This document shows, one piece after another, positions 21,501 to 30,500 of a stretch of DNA of 64,000 bases. Position 1 is the first letter of the stretch. The number at the start of each line of letters is the position of its first letter. Source of the DNA: Asterias rubens (lineage: Eukaryota); contig NC_047067.1 in assembly GCF_902459465.1 (NCBI RefSeq), positions 17,422,001 to 17,486,000 of the forward strand. The letters run 5' to 3'. The notes beneath the pieces are model-generated. The model did not search any database and was not told the origin of the DNA. It saw only the letters and a program-made list of their open reading frames with translations. The translations under genes were made by a program, and so were the position numbers.

Positions 21501-24500
21501 ATGTCGTCTTCCTGTGATAATTTATCTCGGGAAGTTGACATCCCGAAAGTAGGATTTCTTTTGTTGAAAGGATTTTTCTTGTATACGTTTTGTTAACTAG
21601 TATTACATTTCCAACAATATTTATAATATTCATGGTCATAAACTACGTTAAACTAAAATAATGGACGAAACAAAATGTCCCACTCCATAAGGTTTGGAAC
21701 ATAATGGTCCCGCAAGTTCAAATACGCGCGAGACTTGCTTAGTCTACACAGAAGGTAATAAATCATTTATTACAAGCAAATGCAATCGTACAATAATAGA
21801 AAACAAAAACTAAAAATCAATGCAAAACACATGTAGGGGATGGAGGGGCCCATAAAAAGCAAACCTTAACGAGTACGGACCCCCCCCCCTTTTTTTCTAA
21901 CGAAGAAAGCAATGTAAGCAATTCTATTTAGTGGGTGTAATCTTATGTAGCGGCAAAACATTTCAAATTTACAGGAAGAACAAACACAAAAACAGTTAGC
22001 GTAAAATAAAACTTAACCATATATTTAAATGAAACAGAAAAACAAAATACCAAAAATAAATACTAGATAAATTGGGCCCCACAACTCTTGCTGGGAAAAA
22101 AACCATGTCGAAATATACCATTGTTATCCATTAGAGACGTTTTGTAGTCACTTTGGTTGGGGAGCGAGGAATCTAGCAAAAACACACGAAAATCCAATGG
22201 CTGGGACATCAGTTTATACACCAGACAAATCTATTATATGGATATTCTTTTGAATATTTTATTTTGTGCATATGGTCCGTGATTCATGGTCCGTTAAATA
22301 TAAGTGGGCGGTTGTATCGACAACAGACTTTTATCCTTTTGATCACCATCAGCCCCATGTATAATAAACTTCAACGGCTGACGATTGCACTTTTGGTATT
22401 GTCAATGTTAAACTCCGGTTCCATTGTGTGCTGTATGTTACCCTCCACGCATAGATTTTCATGTGAATAGTAGCTGTGTATGATTCATGGTTCGCTGAAT
22501 AATGTGGCGATAACAAACTTTTATCCTTTTGATCACCATCAGCCCCATGTATAATAAACTTCAACGGCTGACGATTGCACTTTTGGTATTGTCATTGTTA
22601 AACTCCGGTTCCATTGTGTGCTGTCTGTTACCCTCCACACATAGATTTTCTTGTGAATAGTAGCTGTGTATGATTCATGGTTCGCTGAATAACGTGGCAA
22701 TAACAAACTTTTATCATTTTGAACTGAATGCTTGATTTATTATCTAGAGGTAAATGCTTGAGGCCAGTAAGAGTATTGTGCACGTACACCATGTAGTTTT
22801 TGTTGGAAACCGTTCGCTAACAGCCATTTATGTTACCCTGTGAAATAAAATCAGAAAATTTATAAGTTTGCTTGTTGCATAAAATTAAATTGAAGATGAT
22901 GCCTGAATTGATTTTTACGATCAGACTTGGACTCTAGACTGACGTGTTGGACTCCTTGAACACTCCAAGTGGTTCAATAGGTAGTGCAATTCCAATACTT
23001 ATGCTGATGTTCTCATGATGTCAGCATCAACAGGAAGTTCCAACAACTTTGTCCCCTTGTACAATTAAATATGCAAATATGGGTCACGTGGTTAATTAAT
23101 TACGATTTAAAAAAAAAATTTGGGTCGGTGGTTTGATGTTTGATCTAGTACAAGTTGATTTCACAGAACCATTTTTCGCTTACTGTGTTTTTAAACATCA
23201 TCGTGTCATGCATGCACACAGGTTATGTTGGGCTAACATTTGAGAAAAAGAAAAGGCAACACTATCGATATAAAGATAAGAATCAAACTTAAATATTACA
23301 AAAAGAAATATATTTTTAGTTTTGGGGATACAAAAATATTGATTTCGGACGGAGATTCGAACTCGCAATTCTCAGATGTGTAGTCGCGACTGATGACCAC
23401 TAGGCTAGAAGGGCACGATGTAAAAATGGTGGGTTTTTACATGTGTGCATCAACAGAGGGGATTATGATCCGGCGAAATAGTTCTCGTTTCATGATTTTG
23501 CGACCATTGTCACTAAATATGAACTGCTAACGCCTATAACTATTAAGTAGGGTTGAAATGTAGTATTAGATGCCTTAAGGGGGTTTTTAATGACGACGTC
23601 GATGTCGTCAAAAACCCTAATTTAAAATAAAAATCTAATTACGCACGTTCGTTTTAACGAAACCCATGCACAGTAATTGGTCCAGAACGCGGTTAGAAAA
23701 ACAAGGACAAATTTAACGCACGTTCTAACGAAAATCCCAACCCTCCATACTTTGTACGTGTACAGAGTAATGTGTCCAGAACGCGGGTAGAAAACCAAAT
23801 AGTATAGACTCCTCTCAAGAAGTCAACAACTCATTGAGGTACATACTGTGTTGTATTACCAAAGAGAATGTTTCACAATAACATGAAAGTGACTGCATCA
23901 AGTTTACAAATTAAAAATTCAAATGAAGACCACGTGGTTAATTAATTAAGAATTTTAACACTTTTTTGTTAGAATAAAGCTTATGTTCTAAGCTTCAATT
24001 TGATATATGATTTAACTCTTTTATCCTCATACTTTAGGAGACGGGGCCTGAACAAAAACGCTGTACAAACGCTATGGGGTTTTAGGCGGAAACAAAGAAT
24101 AATAATAATAATAAAAATAATAAAAATCTCGACGAAAACAACACCTGTTCCGACGGTAGGTCGGAACAGCTAATAATAATAGAAAAAATGTATACAGCAC
24201 CATAGGTCTATCCATTGAAAACAATGCCCCATGGTGCTAATACAGAGAAACATTTAAAATATAGATAAACAGAAAAAACAACAAGGTATACAAATAAGTT
24301 CAAAATCGGCAAAAAATTCAAGCGAACAATGACGAGCATATTTAGCAATTATAGAAATAAACAACATACAATGGAAAATATACAATACAAGTATGCAAAA
24401 TATTAAAATGCAAAATGCAATTAGGGATTGTAAAAACAGACATGACAGACCAGCTGTGACCACAATAAAATTGTAAAAAGAGACACACCAAAACAAATTA

Positions 24501-27500
24501 ATTAAAGAACGGAAAATAAGTGCTAAGAGAGGCTTATAAACATTTTGTTGATAACATGTTTTCATCTAAGGATAACAAAAAACGTTTTTGGTCCTTTGTT
24601 CGTAGTAGAAAACAATCACCTACCCCATTGTCGTTTAAACATGGTGCCCAAACACAAGTCAACCCACATGAAATAGCTTGTGCATTTAATACTTATTTTG
24701 CTTCAGTCTTTTCTGCTGATGTCCCTGTTTGTCAAGACCCTCCCACATGTGATTTTCCCATTCCAGCTCTGTCTAGTATTAACTTCTCAGTTGATGATAT
24801 TCAGCGTACCTTATCTTCCTTACCTCTGGGGAAGGCTCCTGGGCCAGATGGAATCAACGCTAAATTCTTGCGTGACACAGTTTCTACAATCTCTCCGGTT
24901 CTCTGTAGAATCTTCAATGATTCCATTGCCTGTGGACGCCTTCCCCGTGGTTGGAAGCTTGCCAACATCACCCCTGTGTTTAAATCTGGTGACCGTTCCC
25001 TTCTTAGTAACTATAGGCCTATTGCTCTCACTTCTCTTGTTAGCAAGATCATGGAGAGACTGTTATCTGATGTTGTTAAAGATCATTTAAATTCTAATTG
25101 TTTATTGTCTGATAAGCAGCATCGTTTTGTTCCTCACAAATCTTGTGTCACCAAACTTTTGAATGTGTATCATTCATGGGCTACAACTTTAGATAAACGT
25201 AGTCCCCCAAGGATTGATGCAGTTTTCTTGGATATGAGCAAAGCTTTTGATCGTATGCCCCATCATATACTTGTTCGTAAACTTGCTAGTAACTTTAACA
25301 TTCGTGGATCTCTCTGGAGCTGGATAAAAGATTTTCTGGTTGATCGTCAACAAAGAGTCACATTTGTTGGTATGAACTCCTCATGGTCCGTAGTTAGCTC
25401 TGGTGTTCCTCAAGGAAGTGTTATTGGGCCTCTGTTATTCAATTTATTCATCAATGATATATCTAACAACCTCAGTTCTAATTGTGTTCTTTTCGCTGAT
25501 TATGTATTAATTTATCGTCCAATCCGTTTCTGTTTAGATGTAATTTCCCTCCAGCATGACCTTGATGAGCTGAGCACTTGGAGTGTTTCCAATGGTATGA
25601 CGTTCAACCCTACAAAGTCCAAAATTATGCATATTTCCCGTAAACACTCTCTCAACCCCCCTGTTTACACTCTTTCAGGTTTTCCTGTGCAACCCACATC
25701 CTCTGTCAAATACCTTGGAGTCACTCTGAATGCTCAGCTCTCTTGGAATAACCATGTTAAAAATGTTGTTTCAAGTGCCAATAGAACATTGGGCCTCATT
25801 AAGACCATTGCTTTCAATTCTTCTGTTTCAGCTAAGTTCTGTCTTTATAAATCCCTAGTTCTCCCTATTTTAGAATATGGCATGCCAGCATGGCTTCCTC
25901 ATACATCTCTCCAGACTCAGGCCCTTGAACGGGTACAAAAACGTGCTACTCGATTTATTCTCGGGCAGAGGATGGGTGAGATGTCTTACCCCGATAGACT
26001 TAAGTCCCTCAACTGGTCGTCTCTGTCAATTCGTCGCAATTTTTCTGTTTTGTATTTCATCATTAAGTGTAAGTTTAACCTTATTCATTGTGATGTGGCA
26101 GACATCATTTCTGTCAACCATAGATATCCTAATGTTCTCACCTTCAAACACCTGTATGGTAGAACCGATGCTTTGCATTTATCTGCTCCTCATCTTTTCC
26201 CCAGACTTTGGTCTAGTTTGCCAGAAAACATTTGCAATTCACTACTACTGCTCTTGCCCTTCCACAGCTTTCTTAAATCACTTAGATTTTCTGTCTGCCA
26301 AGCTCATGCATCTATTGTCATGTATAGTACCTTTAGCTGAATTACTTGTTCAATATTTTAAGTTGTTTAATTTATCTACAAGTTTACTTTTTATTTATTT
26401 ATTTATTTCCTTTTGTTGTTTATCCTTACCTTATCATTATATCTACTTATTTACTTTAAATTTATTTTGTATTCTTATTATATATTTATTATTTGCTATT
26501 GGTTGTATAATTATCTGTTTTTTAATGCTTTGTGTACTACATGTATATTATGTTAATCTATATTAATTTTATTGTGTACCCCAGATGTGGGGCAACAGAT
26601 CTACGGATCATAGTATGTATTTGCTTTTGTTGTCCCTTGCCCATCTCGGGGTATATTGTCAATGTATTATGTTTTATATTGTTATGCCAAATAAAATAAT
26701 AATAATAATAATAATTACCTTAAGTGATAGTAAAAATCACACAACAACTACAAAAACACTATACAAACATGCCTTTCGGAACAAATAAGTTTTTAGCCCG
26801 GATTTAAAAACATCAATTACTCTCTGTTTCCCTGACGCACAAATTCAGCTGGTTCCACAATTTAGGGACAATGGCGGAAAAAACTCTATCCCCAAATGTG
26901 CATAATCTGGTGTTACAGGGCTGTAGTCTGGTTTTATCACATGACAACCGTGTGTTTCTACTAGTAGTATGCAGTAATTTACAGAGATAGTCAGGGGCTA
27001 GACAATTTAAACATTTATAAACTAAAAGAAACATTGTATACATGATTTTATAATTCACTTCAAGCCAATGGAGCTTCGTAAGTACAGGGATTATGCTCGA
27101 ATTTTCTGGTTCCTGTGAGAATCCTGGCAGCAGAATGTTGTACTCGTTGTTATGGTGCAAGTGTGGACTTGGGTAAACCTGCAAACAAGGCATTGCAATA
27201 ATCTATCTTGGACATGACTAGCATTGTTATAACTTGCTCAGTGACAGAATAATTCAAGTATTTCTTGATCTTACTGATATTATGCAGATGGCAATATGCA
27301 TTGCGAGATACCTCACAAATATGACTTTGCATGTTAAAAGTTACAATCAAAAGATGACCCCAAGATGTTTGGATGATGTAATGCAATATGGCCTCCAATA
27401 TCAATGTCTACAGCGGAAACTTTGTAGTCGTGCCAACAACAAAAACATCAGTCTTATCAGTGTTTAGTTTAATGAAGCTGTAGGTCATCCACGATTTTAT

Positions 27501-30500
27501 ATCGGTACAGCACTTCTCAATGACATTGACATTGGCTGCAGTGTCATCAGATGTTGATGATGTTGAGATGTAACGCATGATCAGGCCATGCTTGCGCAGC
27601 ATGTACACATTGAACAACAGTGGTCCCAATACCGAACCTTGTGGGACACCGTACTGAAGCTGATAAGTTGACGAGGCGGAGCCTGTTTTGTTGTTTTTGC
27701 ATATTCTGACAGTTTGGGATCTGTCAGAGAGGTAGGATCTAACCAGCGCAGAGTGTCCTCCGACAAACCGAGATGCGACCATCTGCTGAACCACATGGAT
27801 GTAGACAAGTTTTATTTTTACAACCAAGTGGGTTGTCTAGCACTTTAAACATGCAAGTTACGCCACCTCGGCTGACACTGATGAGGCCTCTGAAGTAACT
27901 GCATTTGGCTGCTCTGAGAAGTCCAATGACCTTGTTCTGTTGATTTTTGTACAAGTCTCTGTCAATTGTAAGTTTCGTTGAGTGCTATCTGCTCTCTGGT
28001 CTCTTTTTCTTCACTTTATTACTGGGCAGATCACCAGAGTACCAGGATGTATTGAGACGAAGAGTGCAAGTTTTTGTCACTAGTGGAGCATGTTTATCTA
28101 GAAGATTGCCCAACACTGTATTGTAAGTATCAGCATGAACATCAGAGTCGGTGTCTCTCGTAGCTATGTCAACAAATGGTGATCCTGTGACATCCTGAGC
28201 AAAACGAGTAACATCAATGTTCTTGATCTTTCGATAAGCCAGAGATGTCCGTTTGTGTGTGTGTTTGTGGACATCGAGTGTGCATGTAACCAGAAAATGA
28301 TCAGATATTGTAAGATCAAATACTTCAACATATTTGATGATGTCGAGTGATGAATGAGTGATTATCAGATCTAAAACATGTCCTCGGTTACATGTATGTG
28401 TCTGTTTCTGCACATGCTGCTTGAGACCGCAAGATTCCAGGAAGTTTGTGAAAGCCATGGTGTCGTGATTATCTGGTCGATCACAATGTATGTTAAAATC
28501 ACCCATGATTATAAGCTCCATCGGGGAGGTGAGCATATCCTCCAAAAGATGACCAAACTCAGTGAGAAATATGTTCATACTGGAAGCATTTAAAGCAGGA
28601 TCCAGTGAGGCAGCTCTCCCGATCAATCTGGAAGAGATGTGGTGAAAAAACAATGCGGATTGGTTTAAAGTGACTGCTCTGCGCGCAAGCTTGTTAAAAA
28701 CATTTGAGTGCTTGTAGGGTGCTTGATTGTAAGGAGCATGGTACTGTTTTAATCTTGTAAGTTTTTTTTTAAATCCACTCTTAAACTATTTAGGCCTAAT
28801 TTTGTAATGTGTCTTGCAATTGATTTATGTCACACTTACAAACTGGATTTGATTGTGGTTGTCCTTCTTACAGCGGATGCATTGGAAGTGGCTTGTGCAT
28901 TCTGTCAAAGTGGCCCATCGTGAATAACTTCATGCATCGTTTTGCACTGAACAGTTTTGCCTACCATGTCTTTGAGGGAGACTGGTTTGCTGGCAAAGGG
29001 GTGGGGTTATGTGAACTGGAAGTGGAGGATATGACTGTGAACGTCTACACATTACATGTGAGTTTAGGTTTTTGACCATGTACTCTTTGTTTACATGGTC
29101 CCAATTGCATAAAGCTGCTAACCTGGCTAAGCACAACAATTTGCTTAGCTTGAAATCCTTGATAAAAACAGGATTACCAAAAACAAATTCTATTTGTTGC
29201 ATATTGCTTGATACTGGTATTCAGCTGTTGTTTGCTCGTCCTGAAAATCACAGGGAATTTTGGTTGGTAATCTTGTTTTTATCAGGTAAAAAATTTCATG
29301 CTAATCAAATTTTTGTTTTTTAGCAGGTCTATGAGATTGGGCCCTGCCCTTTATTAAAATTTGTCTGCCAGTGTGCGTTCACTGTCAAAGTTCACTCAAA
29401 AGAATAAGGCTGTGCCCTAACTAACTGGTTCAGCAATGGCTATTGATAGATCAATGGAAAGTCCTAATCTTTAACATTACTGCAGTAGCCAATAGCCATA
29501 GCTGTAGCCAAAGTCAACTGATTCAGACATGGCATTTAGTTCACTGTGATGGATTATGAAAGGGTATAGCTTAATTCCCATCATTAAACCTAACTTGTCC
29601 AGCAGTTAATTTTTCAATGTTATTGTTTGTGGATCAGGGTTATGGTTTTCTTTCCTTGCCTTTCACCTGTATGGACCCTGGTTTGAGTTCCACCTCATAC
29701 CGAGCCTATGCATGTAAATCGGGTTTTCACATAGAGTTATATTTAAGAACTAGAGGGCGCACAGATGATACTTCTTGCACAAACGCGACGGGAACGCAAG
29801 GAGACAAGCACGCGCCATCCTGTCTGCCCGTTGAATAAGAAACACACGCTGGAGTTTGTGTTTATTGAACGCTACGCGATGCTGTTTTTTCAACTTACAA
29901 AATGGCCGCACAAACACACGCTGTGAGATAGCTGTTTCGCGCATGCCGGGGTGCGTATATAGGCCAGTGCGCCCTCTAGTTCTTATATATAACTCTAGCG
30001 GTTTTCAGTTCCTGCCTGATTTTTTACATGCACCTGTATATGGGCGTTCCTCCCACATTTGAGAATTCCTTTGTTTTTGTTACCAGTTTCGGCTGACTTA
30101 ATTTGTGATCTAATTTTTTGCCTGTAGAACGTTGCCCTTTATGCACCGTCCGGCATCATCTCTGCAGACAAGTTATTTACGCATCGCCTTCTTCAAAACT
30201 ATGAAGTGAGTGAGTTCGTGAGAGTAACGGGGGCTAGCAGTGATGTGAATATAGTGGCTGGTGATTTCAACACGGAGGACTTCTCGTTGGGATACGAGGT
30301 TGCATTGGTAAATGCGGGCCTTAAGGACGCATGGAAGAAATGCATCAATCAGGACACCAAGGTATGTAAAAGGGGTAAATTAAATCATTGGAGTGGTAGG
30401 AGACCAATTTAAGTGGTAGGCTCTAAGTTCAAATTTGTTGAAGTCCATCATGGGAGCGGTTCACGACTTGTGTCAACGAGGGCTCTCCCCAAGGGCCTCT

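Noticed and set aside
23341-23414. tRNA genes here and at about 36990-37085 and 38911-39045
   Set aside because: A/B boxes are present but there is no consistent cloverleaf or anticodon stem; better explained as SINE heads.
25877-26566. 229 aa hydrophobic ORF
   Set aside because: Alternate frame of the LINE RT running into a T-rich 3' UTR; the hydrophobicity is compositional.
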